A DNA stretch of 64,000 bases. It comes from an uncultured Acidimicrobiaceae bacterium. GTDB lineage: Bacteria; Actinomycetota; Acidimicrobiia; Acidimicrobiales; Bog-793. The position numbers and the translations under genes are program-made. Position 1 is the first letter of the stretch, and the number at the start of each line of letters is the position of its first letter. Where the stretch lies: the NCBI GenBank assembly GCA_963823945.1, contig CAWGNK010000005.1, positions 262,057 to 326,056 on the forward strand, read 5' to 3'. Below are positions 9,095 to 17,968 of this stretch, one piece after another. The notes under the pieces are model-generated. The model was not told where the DNA came from. It saw nothing but the letters and a program-made list of their open reading frames with translations, and did no database searches.

Positions 9095-10351
9095 ATGCAC
9101 AAGCTCGCCGTGCTCTCGATGCACACCTCGCCCCTCGCGCAACCCGGCAGCGGCGACGGCGGTGGGATGAACGTCTACGTTCGCGAGCTGTCGACGGCGC
9201 TCGCCCGGGCGGGTGTCGAGTGCGACGTCTACACCCGGGCATCATCCGACGACCTGCCGTCCCTCGTCGAGGTCGAGCCGGGGTTGACCGTGCACCACGT
9301 CGAGGCGGGTCCGCGCCGGACGGTGGCCAAGGGACTGCTGCACGAGCTCGTCGGCGAGTTCACCGAGGCGGTCGCCGACCGGATGGCCGCCTCCGAGCTC
9401 CTCGGCGCGCCCCGGACCGACGCGATCCACGCCAACTACTGGCTGTCGGGGATCGCGGGCCACGCCCTGAAGCACCGGCTCGGCATCCCCCTCGTCTCGA
9501 CGTTCCACACGCTCGACCGGGTGAAGGCCGAGGCGAGCCCGGAGGAACTCGACGAGACCGATCCCGGCCGGCGGGCCCGCGCCGAGGCGGACGTCATCGG
9601 GTGCTCCGACGCGATCCTCGCCTCCTGCACAGTCGAGCTCGACCAGCTGGTCGAGCTCTACGGGGCGGATGCGTCCCGCGTCGAGATCGTCGCCCCCGGC
9701 GTCGATCACACCTGCTTCGCGCCCGGCGACAAGCGGCTGGCCCGCCGGGCGCTCGGGATCACCGACCGCGAGCCGTTGCTGCTGTTCGTCGGGCGCATCC
9801 AACCGCTCAAGGGGAGCGACGTCGCGGTCCAGGTGCTGGCGTCCCTCGACCGCCTCGGCGTCGAGGGCGCGCGTCTCGCCGTCGTCGGCGGTCCGAGCGG
9901 CGTCGCCGGTGACGCGGAGGTCGGGAAGCTGCGCGCCCTCGTCGCCGGGCTCGGTCTGGGCGAGAGGGTCGCCTTCGTCCCGCCGCAGCCGCACCAGCGG
10001 CTCTCGACGTACTACCGGGCGGCGGACGTCTGCCTCGTGCCGAGCCGGTCGGAGTCCTTCGGGCTTGTCGCGCTCGAGGCCGCCGCCTGCGGCACGCCCG
10101 TCGTCGCCTCCGCCGTCGGGGGCCTCACCACGCTGGTCGGTCACGGCGAGACGGGTTTCCTCGTTGATTCCGGCGGCGTCGAGGCCTTCGCCGGGCACGT
10201 CGCCGCGATCGTCTCCTCGCCGGAGCTCGGCCGGCGCCTCGGCGAGGCGGGGGCTCACCGCGCCCAGGCCTACACCTGGTCGACCGCCGCGGCCCGCCTG
10301 CGCCGCCTCTACAACGACCTGACGGCGCGCACCCTCGTCGAGTGCGGTTGA
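9095..10351 (+). CDS. mshA: D-inositol-3-phosphate glycosyltransferase (mycothiol biosynthesis)
   Basis: 'MHKLAVLSMHTSPLAQPGSGDGGGMNVYVRELS' is the MshA N-terminal signature. GT4 C-terminal 'SRSESFGLVALEAAACGTPVVA'. Start at ATG 9095. Confidence 0.85.
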   Translation: MHKLAVLSMHTSPLAQPGSGDGGGMNVYVRELSTALARAGVECDVYTRASSDDLPSLVEVEPGLTVHHVEAGPRRTVAKGLLHELVGEFTEAVADRMAASELLGAPRTDAIHANYWLSGIAGHALKHRLGIPLVSTFHTLDRVKAEASPEELDETDPGRRARAEADVIGCSDAILASCTVELDQLVELYGADASRVEIVAPGVDHTCFAPGDKRLARRALGITDREPLLLFVGRIQPLKGSDVAVQVLASLDRLGVEGARLAVVGGPSGVAGDAEVGKLRALVAGLGLGERVAFVPPQPHQRLSTYYRAADVCLVPSRSESFGLVALEAAACGTPVVASAVGGLTTLVGHGETGFLVDSGGVEAFAGHVAAIVSSPELGRRLGEAGAHRAQAYTWSTAAARLRRLYNDLTARTLVECG

Positions 10352-10364
10352 GAGCCGGGCCACC

Positions 10365-11270
10365 GTGAGCGTCCGGCTGTGTGTCGTGGGGGGCGGTCGG
10401 ATGGGGTCGGCCCTCCTCGCGGGCTTGGTCGCCGGGGGGTGGGCCGAGCCGGACGAGATCGCCGTGGCCGAGCGTGTCGCGGCGGCGCGTGACGCCCTGC
10501 GAGCGCGCTTTCCGGGGGTGGTCGTCGCCGAGGAGCCGGTCGCAGCCGACGGGGTGCTGCTGGCGGTGAAGCCCTACGACACCGAGGCGGTCTGCCGCCA
10601 CCTCGCCGGCCTCGGCTTCCGGCACGCCCTGTCGATCGCCGCCGGGATCACGAGCGCGAGCCTCGACGGGTGGCTCGGGGGCGAGGTCGCCGTGGTACGG
10701 GCGATGCCGAACACCCCGGCGCAGCTCGGCGCGGGCGTCTCGATCATCGCCGGGGGACCGCGCACGACCGAGGCCGATCTCGTCTGGGCCGAGGGGATCC
10801 TCGCGGCCGTCGGCACCGTCGTCCGGCTGCCCGAGGCGCTTCTCGACGCCGCCACTGGCGTCAGCGGGTGCGGCCCCGCCTACCTCTACTACCTCGCCGA
10901 GGCGCTCATCGCCGCCGGCACAGCCGCCGGGCTCGACTCCGGCACCGCCCGGCTCCTCGTCGACCAGACGCTCTACGGGGCGGCGCGGATGATCCTCGAG
11001 AGTGGGCGGCCGGCCGACGTGCTGCGTGCCGAGGTCGCCTCGCCCGGGGGAGCGACCCAGGCGGCGATCGACGTGCTGGAGGCGGCAGGGGTCAGGCGCA
11101 CGGTCGCCGACGCCGTCGCCGCGGCGGTCGTCCGCGCGGGTGAGCTCGGGGCGCGCGACCCGAGGCGTGACAAAAGCCCAGGTGAGGGTGGGGCTCGACG
11201 AAATCCATTTCCCCTCTTTCCACAGCAGCCCCGCTGGCCTACAGTCGTGTCGGCGGAGAGGGGTGATTGA
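10365..11270 (+). CDS. proC: pyrroline-5-carboxylate reductase (3' end uncertain)
   Basis: 'VVGGGRMGSALLAGL' Rossmann motif and 'MPNTPAQLGAGVS'. The last ~35 codons have atypically low GC3 and overlap the next gene, so the true stop may lie further upstream. Confidence 0.85.
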   Translation: MSVRLCVVGGGRMGSALLAGLVAGGWAEPDEIAVAERVAAARDALRARFPGVVVAEEPVAADGVLLAVKPYDTEAVCRHLAGLGFRHALSIAAGITSASLDGWLGGEVAVVRAMPNTPAQLGAGVSIIAGGPRTTEADLVWAEGILAAVGTVVRLPEALLDAATGVSGCGPAYLYYLAEALIAAGTAAGLDSGTARLLVDQTLYGAARMILESGRPADVLRAEVASPGGATQAAIDVLEAAGVRRTVADAVAAAVVRAGELGARDPRRDKSPGEGGARRNPFPLFPQQPRWPTVVSAERGD

Positions 11271-11466
11271 GCTGTCCATCCAATACACGAAGTCACAATT
11301 CCTCACGGTCGGTGAGGTCGCGCAGATGCTGCGCATCTCGAACATGACCGTCTACCGGCTCATCAGTTCCGGGCAGCTGCCCGCGGTGCGCGTCGGCAAG
11401 TCCTACCGGCTGCGGGAAGAGGACGTCGACGGCTACCTCGCCGCACGCTTCACCGAGGCGGGCTAG
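11263..11466 (+). CDS. excisionase-family helix-turn-helix DNA-binding protein
   Basis: 'LTVGEVAQMLRISNMTVYRLISSGQLPAVRVGKSYRLREEDVDGYL' is a typical excisionase/MerR-type HTH. A small HTH gene directly after proC is a conserved actinobacterial arrangement. The start is uncertain (GTG 11263, or in-frame GTG 11167). Confidence 0.65.
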   Translation: MIELSIQYTKSQFLTVGEVAQMLRISNMTVYRLISSGQLPAVRVGKSYRLREEDVDGYLAARFTEAG

Positions 11467-11469
11467 ATA

Positions 11470-12920
11470 TCCCACGGCCCGAAGATGTCAAGCGGCCTCG
11501 GTGAGTTGGCTCTCTGCGCGGTGGCCCCAGGCGGTGTGCTCGTCGTAGAAACTGCCGTTGGCAAGACAGCCGTGGAGGATGCCGACGAGCCGGTTGCCGA
11601 GGGCCCTCAGCGCCGCATGGTGGGTGTCGCCGGCTTTCCGGTGGGCGTCGTAGAAGGCGCGGGCCCCCGGCGACGCGGTGAGGCTCGCAAAGGCCCACAG
11701 GTAGATCGCGTCGGCGAGGCGCATGTTGCGGGCGTAGCGGGCGAGCACGACGCGCTTGGTGCCCGACGCGCGGGTGATCGGCGACGTGCCGGCGTAGTTC
11801 TTGCGAGACTTGGCACTGGCGTAACGGTCCGGGTCATCCCCGAACTCGCCGAGCACCCGGGCGCCGAGGATGGTCCCCAGTCCTGGTAGGGAACGGACCA
11901 CCCCGGCGGCCGGGTGCAGCTCAAAACCCGCTTCCAGCTGGCGCGCGAGCTTCGTGATCTCGGCATTCATCGTCGAGATCACCGCCACCGACGCCTGGAC
12001 CGAGGCACCCATCGCGCTCGCCACCAGGGCGGAGCCCTCGAGCTGGGGGGCGCGCAGTGCCGCCTGGATCTCTCGGGCTCGCTCGTCGATCCGGCGCTGC
12101 CGCCCGCCACGGCGCAGTGCCGAGGCGATTCTTGCGAGCGAAAGCGCCGCACCGAGGCTCGGGGTCGGCGCGACTACCAGCACCTCGGTGGCATCAGCGC
12201 TCGCCAGGTCGTCAAAGGCCACGAGCGCCGCCGGGTAGAACTCCCGCAGCGTCGAGCGCAGTGCGTTGGCCTGCCGGCCTCTCGACCAGATCATCGACTG
12301 GTGGGCTCGGGCGAGGACCTTCACCGCCGCGACGACATCGGAGTCACCGGCGACGGGGCGGTGGTTGTGCCGATCGGTGCGGACCATGTCGGCCAGCGCC
12401 TTGGCGTCACCGGGATCGGACTTCGCGCCCGAGCTCGAGTGGCGGTCCCGATAGCGCGAGGTCGACATCGGGTTGACGGCGAACACGAGGTAGCCCGCGG
12501 CCACGAGCGCCGCGACGAACAGGCCCCGGTCGGTCTCGATCCCGACGATCACCTCGCGCGGCTCTTCGACATGCGCACCGACGAGCTCGTGGAAACGGGC
12601 GATCCCCTCGACGCCCTCGGGCAGCCGGCCTCCCCCGAGGCGCCTACCCTCTGCGTCCTCGACGTGCACGTCGTTGTGGGCCTCGGCCCAGTCCACTCCG
12701 ACAAAGATCATCTGAGTCCTCCCCTCGATGGCACCAGCGTCGAGCCCGAGGGCTCCAGCAGCTTCCTAATGGTTCAGTGCTCGAGGCACGACATCCCACC
12801 AGCCGTCGAAGGAGACCTCACCGACCGACCGGGGCACGATCTAGCCCTAGGGCTCGAAGCCCTGGCGGACCCAGTGCTCACCGGTCGGTGGCTCGGTTGA
12901 CCAGCCTCGCTCGCTGATCA
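11470..12920 (-). mobile_element. IS110-family insertion sequence (boundaries approximate)
   Basis: Single DEDD-type transposase gene with about 200 nt of 5' leader. No terminal inverted repeats are visible, which is usual for IS110. It lies between the proC-HTH genes and rex. Confidence 0.65.
11488..12711 (-). CDS. IS110 family transposase
   Basis: N-terminus 'MIFVGVDWAEAHNDVHVEDAEGR' (DEDD_Tnp_IS110-like). C-terminal 'YAGTSPITRASGTKRVVLARYARNMRLADAIYLWAF' (Transposase_20-like). GGGGAGGA RBS upstream. Confidence 0.92.
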   Translation of the reverse strand: MIFVGVDWAEAHNDVHVEDAEGRRLGGGRLPEGVEGIARFHELVGAHVEEPREVIVGIETDRGLFVAALVAAGYLVFAVNPMSTSRYRDRHSSSGAKSDPGDAKALADMVRTDRHNHRPVAGDSDVVAAVKVLARAHQSMIWSRGRQANALRSTLREFYPAALVAFDDLASADATEVLVVAPTPSLGAALSLARIASALRRGGRQRRIDERAREIQAALRAPQLEGSALVASAMGASVQASVAVISTMNAEITKLARQLEAGFELHPAAGVVRSLPGLGTILGARVLGEFGDDPDRYASAKSRKNYAGTSPITRASGTKRVVLARYARNMRLADAIYLWAFASLTASPGARAFYDAHRKAGDTHHAALRALGNRLVGILHGCLANGSFYDEHTAWGHRAESQLTEAA

Positions 12921-13097
12921 GGCGAGGTGGTCGATCCCCATTAGGCAAGCTCTCCACGCCCTCTGACCGGGCGGCGATGCCGTCCGGCCCGGTGAGCAAC
13001 CCGATGAGATCGGATCCCGGTGGCCGCTTCGCGGGCCGGCGCCGGGTCGCGCGAACCGGGACGCCGAGCGTTGTCGAGTTCGCGACTCGTCGTTAGC

Positions 13098-13819
13098 GTG
13101 CATGAGGTGGTGAGGGACGAGAGCGCTCGCCTGCGCAGTCGGATCCCCGGGCCCACCGTCGCGCGCCTGCCGCTCTACCACCGGGCGCTCTCGGTGATGG
13201 TCGAGCGCGGCATCACGCACGTGTCGTCGTCCGAGCTCGCCGGGGTCGTCGGCGTGAACCCGGCGACGTTGCGCCGTGACCTGTCACGCTTCGGGACCTA
13301 CGGGACGCGCGGGAGCGGCTACGAGGTACCCCACCTGCTCGCCCGGGTCGACGGGGCCCTGGCGCTCGACCGGGACTGGCCGGTCGCGATCGTCGGCATC
13401 GGCAATCTGGGCCAGGCGCTCGTCCACTCGCGCGGCTTTCGTTCGGGCGGCTTCCGGGTCGCCGTGCTCGCCGACGTCGACCCGGCGGTGGTCGGCACGA
13501 TGCTCGACGGGATCGTCGTCGAGCACACCGAACGGCTTCCCGAAGCGTGTGCCGCGAGAAGGTTCGGATCGGCGTGATCACGACCCCCGCCAGTGCGAGC
13601 CAGTCGGTCGCGGAGAAACTCGTCGCCGCCGGGGTGCAGTCGATCCTCAACTTCGCGTCGGTCGTGCTGGCGCTCCCGGCGGGCGTGACCGTCCGCCAGG
13701 TCGACCTCGCCGCCGAGCTCCAGGTGCTCGCCTTCTACCATTCCCGCCCCGCCGGCGGTGCCGTCGTTTCCGGGGCGGAGGGCGAGTCCGGGACCGCCGC
13801 CGTCGAAATCAGCCCGTAG
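13098..13819 (+). pseudogene. rex: redox-sensing transcriptional repressor Rex, interrupted by an apparent 2-nt insertion near 13548-13551
   Basis: The N-terminal part is in one frame ('RIPGPTVARLPLYHRAL', 'VAIVGIGNLGQAL'). The C-terminal part is in the frame of ORF 13547-13819 ('CREKVRIGVITTPASASQSVAEKLVAAGVQSILNFA...VDLAAELQVLAFY'). The start codon is uncertain (GTG 13098/13107/13110). Confidence 0.85.
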
Positions 13820-13906
13820 AGTCTGGGCGACAACCGGGCGGAGCGCGCCGCCGGCCACGGGCCGGCCGCCGCGGTCGTCTCGGGACTGGGCCCCCTGGAC
13901 GAGGAG

Positions 13907-15175
13907 GTGAGTGTGCCGGTCGTCGTGGTCGGTCTCCACGAGCGGGACGCACCACTCGAGGTGCTGGAACGCCTGGCGTTCTCCGCCGAGGAGCTGCCCA
14001 AGGCGCTCGCCGGACTGGGCGACAGCCCGCACCTCTCGGAGGCCGTCGTCCTGTCGACGTGCATGCGCACCGAGGTCTACGCCGTCGCCGAGCGGTTCCA
14101 TGACGGCGTCGACGACATCCAGCACTTCCTGGGCGAACGGCTCGACGACCCGGCGGGCCTCGCCGCGTCGCTCGTCGTCAGCTACGACGGGCCCGCCGTG
14201 CGGCACGTGTTCGAGGTGGCGTCGGGAATCGACTCGCCCGTCCTCGGCGAGGGCGAGATCCTCCGGCAGGTGCGCGCCGCCCACGAGATCGCCCGCCACG
14301 AGGGGGCCGCGGGCCCCGTGCTCGACGGTCTGTTCCGCCACGCCGTCGGGGTCGGCAGGCGGGCCCGGGCCGAAACGGGGATCGCCCGAGGCGTCACCTC
14401 GCTCGCCCACGTCGCCGTGGCGCTCGCGGCCGGCCAGCTCGGGGGGTCGCTCGCCGGCCGCAGGGTCGTCGTCGTCGGGGCGGGCGAGGTGGGCGAGGAG
14501 ATCGTCGACGCCCTGGCCGGGGCGGGCGATCCCGCCGACCTGGTCGTCGTGAGCCGCGACCGTCGCAAGGCGGAGGCGCTGGCAGGCGCGCACCACGGAC
14601 GCGGCGCCGCGCTCAGCGAGCTGAAGGCGGCGCTCGCCGGCGCCGACGTGCTGTTCTCGGCGACGGCCGCCCCCGGGATCCTGCTCGGGCCCGAGGACCT
14701 GCAGCGGGCTCGCGCCTCGGCCCCGCTCCGGCCCCTCCTCGTCGTCGACGCCGCCGTGCCCCGCGACGTGGACCCCGCCGTCGCGTCGTTGCCTGATGTC
14801 ACGCTGCGCGACGTCGACGACCTGCGCGCCCTCGCCGAGCGCTCGATGGCGACGAGGCGGGCCGAGATCGACCGCGTCCAGGTGATCATCGACGAGGAGC
14901 TCGACCGGTACTTCCTCGCCGCCCGGAGCCGGGCGGCGGCCCCGGTCGTCGCCGCGCTGCACGACCACGCCGAGCAGATCCGCGCCGGCGAGCTGGCGAG
15001 GATCAGCTCCGTGCTGGCACGCCTCGGCGAGGACGAACGGGCCGCCGTCGAGTCGGCGACGCGCCGGATCGTCGCCAAGCTCGTCCACGAGCCGACCGTC
15101 CAGGTGAAGCGGGCGGCCGGTTCCCCCCGCGGGGAGCGTCTCGCCGAGGCGCTGCGCGCGCTGTTCGGCCTGTAG
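13907..15175 (+). CDS. hemA: glutamyl-tRNA reductase
   Basis: 'VVVVGLHERDAPLEVLERLAF' and 'VVLSTCMRTEVYAV' (catalytic Cys region). 422 aa. Confidence 0.92.
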   Translation: MSVPVVVVGLHERDAPLEVLERLAFSAEELPKALAGLGDSPHLSEAVVLSTCMRTEVYAVAERFHDGVDDIQHFLGERLDDPAGLAASLVVSYDGPAVRHVFEVASGIDSPVLGEGEILRQVRAAHEIARHEGAAGPVLDGLFRHAVGVGRRARAETGIARGVTSLAHVAVALAAGQLGGSLAGRRVVVVGAGEVGEEIVDALAGAGDPADLVVVSRDRRKAEALAGAHHGRGAALSELKAALAGADVLFSATAAPGILLGPEDLQRARASAPLRPLLVVDAAVPRDVDPAVASLPDVTLRDVDDLRALAERSMATRRAEIDRVQVIIDEELDRYFLAARSRAAAPVVAALHDHAEQIRAGELARISSVLARLGEDERAAVESATRRIVAKLVHEPTVQVKRAAGSPRGERLAEALRALFGL

Positions 15176-15227
15176 TGAGCGCGAGTCGGGGCGCCGGCCG
15201 ATCGCGGGAGCCCTCCGGGGGCGGGCC

Positions 15228-16937
15228 GTGAGGGCGCTGCGGCTTGCCACGCGGGGCAGCCCGCTCGCCCTCGAGCAGGCTCGCCGGGTCCAGGCCCGCC
15301 TGGCGGCGGTGCACGCCGGCCTGCCGACGGAGCTCGTCGTCGTCGAGTCCGGCGGAGACCTGCACGCCGGCACCCCGATCCACTCGCTCGGGGGATCGGG
15401 GGTGTTCGTCGCCGAGATCGAGCAGGCCGTGCTCGCCGGCCGTGCCGACGTCGCCGTCCATTCCCTGAAGGACCTCCCGTCGTCTGCCCTGCCGGCGGGA
15501 CTCGTGCTCGCCGCCACACCGGAGCGCCTCGACGTGCGCGACGCCCTCGTCGGCCGGACGCTGGCGCGGCTCGCCCCCGGGGCGGTCGTCGCGACGGGCG
15601 CCGTCCGGCGGCGCGCCCAGCTGGCCTGGTTGCGCCCGGACCTGTGCTTCGCCGAGCTGCGCGGCTCGATCGCGACGCGCCTCGGCCGGGTGCCGCCGGC
15701 CGGGGCCGTCGTCGTCGCCGTGGCGGCGCTCGAACGCCTGGGGCTCCTCGACCGGGCGGCCGAGATCCTGCCGACGGCGGTGATGCTCCCGCAGGTCGGC
15801 CAGGGCGCGATCGGCCTGCGCTGCCGGGAGGACGACGCCGCGACGATCCTGCTCGTCTCCGCGATCGACGACCCCCTGGTCGCCCGGGCGGTCGCCGCCG
15901 AGCGCGCCTTTCTCGCCCGCCTCGGCGTCGGCTGCGACGCGCCGGTGGGTGCCCACGCGACCTGCGACTCGCTCACCGGGCCCGTGACGCTCGACGGGTT
16001 GCTCGCCCGCGAGGACGGGCACGTGCTCGTCCGCCGGCAGCTGACCGGCGACGACCCCGTCGAGCTCGGCACCGCGCTCGCCGGGCACCTGCTCGACGAC
16101 GAGGGCGGTCGCTCGCTCGGTGCGCCGTTCGACGGCGGATCCGCCACGGCCACCAGGGCGGGCGGGCCGCTGTCGGGCTGGCGCGTGGTGGTCACCCGGC
16201 CCGCCGCCCAGGCGCCGCCGCTCGTAGCGGCGCTCGTCGCCCGGGGGGCCGAGGTCGTGGAGCTGGCGACGATCAGCCTCGAGGATCCGGCCGACGGGGG
16301 TGCGGCGCTGCGCGCCGCGGCCCGCGAGGTTGCCGGTTTCGACTGGGTGGTGTTCACCTCGGCCAACGCCGTCGCGCGGCTCTTCGCCGTGATCCCCGAC
16401 GCGCGGGCACTTGGGGCCGTGCGGGTCGCGGCGATCGGTGCCGGCACGGCGAGGGCCCTCGCCGACCGGGGGGTCGAGGTCGAGCTCGTGCCCGACCGTT
16501 ACGTCGCCGAGGCGCTCGTCGCCCGGTTCCCGCCGGCGCCCGCCGGCGGGCGGGTGCTGCTGCCCCGGGCGGCGGTGGCGCGCGAGGTCCTGCCCGAGGG
16601 GCTGCGCCGGCTCGGCTGGGAGGTGGAGGTCGTCGAGGCGTACCGGACGGTGCCCTCGGTGCCGTCCCCGGCGGCGCTCGAGGCGTCCCGGGGGGCCGAC
16701 GCGGTGGTGTTCACCTCGTCGTCGACGGTTGACGGGTACCGGCGGCTCGTCGCCCCGGGCGACATCCCGCCGGTCGTCGTGTCGATCGGGCCGGTGACGT
16801 CGGCGACGCTGGCCGCCGCCGGCATCGCGCCCACGGTCGAGGCCGGTGTGCACTCTGGTGGCGGGCTCGTCGACGCCCTCGTCGCGTGGGCGGTCGCCCA
16901 CCCGCGGCCCCGGGACGCCGGCCGGGCGGCGTCGTAG
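15228..16937 (+). CDS. hemC/hemD: fused hydroxymethylbilane synthase / uroporphyrinogen-III synthase
   Basis: Residues 1 to about 300 are HemC-like ('LRLATRGSPLALEQA', 'VESGGD', 'ERAFLARLGVGCDAPVGAHA'). From about 16179 ('WRVVVTRPAAQAPPLVAAL...VFTSANAV...VFTSSSTV') the sequence is HemD-like. It is one uninterrupted 569-aa ORF. Confidence 0.85.
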   Translation: MRALRLATRGSPLALEQARRVQARLAAVHAGLPTELVVVESGGDLHAGTPIHSLGGSGVFVAEIEQAVLAGRADVAVHSLKDLPSSALPAGLVLAATPERLDVRDALVGRTLARLAPGAVVATGAVRRRAQLAWLRPDLCFAELRGSIATRLGRVPPAGAVVVAVAALERLGLLDRAAEILPTAVMLPQVGQGAIGLRCREDDAATILLVSAIDDPLVARAVAAERAFLARLGVGCDAPVGAHATCDSLTGPVTLDGLLAREDGHVLVRRQLTGDDPVELGTALAGHLLDDEGGRSLGAPFDGGSATATRAGGPLSGWRVVVTRPAAQAPPLVAALVARGAEVVELATISLEDPADGGAALRAAAREVAGFDWVVFTSANAVARLFAVIPDARALGAVRVAAIGAGTARALADRGVEVELVPDRYVAEALVARFPPAPAGGRVLLPRAAVAREVLPEGLRRLGWEVEVVEAYRTVPSVPSPAALEASRGADAVVFTSSSTVDGYRRLVAPGDIPPVVVSIGPVTSATLAAAGIAPTVEAGVHSGGGLVDALVAWAVAHPRPRDAGRAAS

Positions 16938-16947
16938 GCTCGCCACG

Positions 16948-17964
16948 ATGCCGGAGCGCCACGACGTGTTCGCGACGGCGGGGTTCCCGGACCGCCGGCT
17001 CCGCCGGCTCCGCCGGACGCCGGCGCTGCGCCGGCTCGTCGCCGAGACCCACGTCGTCGTCGACGACCTCGTCGCGCCCGTGTTCGTCCGGGAGGGAATC
17101 GACGCCCCCGTGGCGATCGCCTCCCTGCCGGGCGTCGTCCAGCACACGGTGGGATCGCTCGTCGCCGAGGCCCGCGAGCTCGCCGGGCTCGGCGTCCCGG
17201 CGCTCGTCGTGTTCGGGGTGCCCCTGTCCAAGGACGCCGTCGGCTCGGGTGCCTCCGACCGCGGCGGGATCGTCCAGGTCGCCCTGCGGGCCCTGCGGGA
17301 CGCCGTCGGGGACGAGCTCGTCCTCATCGCCGACTGTTGCCTCGACGAGTACACCGATCACGGCCACTGCGGCGTCCTCGACTCCGGCGGCCGGGTCGAC
17401 AACGACGCGACGATCCGCCGCTACGCCGAGGTGGCCGTGGCGCAGGCCGAGGCCGGCGCCGACCTGGTCGCGCCGTCCGGGATGATGGACGGCCAGGTCG
17501 CGGCCATCCGCGCGGCCCTCGACGGGGCGGGGTACCCCGACACGGCGATCCTCGCCTACGCGGCGAAGTACGCCTCCGCCCTCTACGGGCCGTTCCGTGA
17601 GGCGGTCGACGTGGAGATCGCCGGCGGCGGGAACCGCCGCGACTACCAGCTCGATCCCGCCAACGGCCGGGAGGCGCTCGCCGAGGTGCGACTCGACCTC
17701 GCCGAGGGGGCCGACATCGTGATGGTGAAGCCCGCCCTGCACTACCTCGACGTGCTCGCGGACGTGAAGCGCTCGGTCGACGTGCCGGTGGCGGCGTACC
17801 ACGTGAGCGGGGAGTACGCGATGCTCGCCGCCGCGGCCGCCCTCGGCGTGGTCGACCGGGACGCGGCGACGATCGAGACGCTCCTCGCGATCAAGAGGGC
17901 GGGCGCCGATTTCATCCTCACCTACCTCGCCCGGTCGGCCGCCGAACTGCTCGGCGGGAGGTAG
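16948..17964 (+). CDS. hemB: porphobilinogen synthase
   Basis: '[16 protein letters not shown]', '[13 protein letters not shown]', '[10 protein letters not shown]'. Start at ATG 16948 within ORF 16846-17964. Confidence 0.92.
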   Translation: MPERHDVFATAGFPDRRLRRLRRTPALRRLVAETHVVVDDLVAPVFVREGIDAPVAIASLPGVVQHTVGSLVAEARELAGLGVPALVVFGVPLSKDAVGSGASDRGGIVQVALRALRDAVGDELVLIADCCLDEYTDHGHCGVLDSGGRVDNDATIRRYAEVAVAQAEAGADLVAPSGMMDGQVAAIRAALDGAGYPDTAILAYAAKYASALYGPFREAVDVEIAGGGNRRDYQLDPANGREALAEVRLDLAEGADIVMVKPALHYLDVLADVKRSVDVPVAAYHVSGEYAMLAAAAALGVVDRDAATIETLLAIKRAGADFILTYLARSAAELLGGR

Positions 17965-17968
17965 CCCG

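Noticed and set aside
13075-13089. Inverted repeat CGAGT-TCGCG-ACTCG just upstream of the rex start, considered as a Rex operator (ROP).
   Set aside because: It has only 5-bp arms and does not match the TTGTGAA-N4-TTCACAA consensus. I also saw no ROP-like site in the 72-nt spacer upstream of nuoA (20575-20646).
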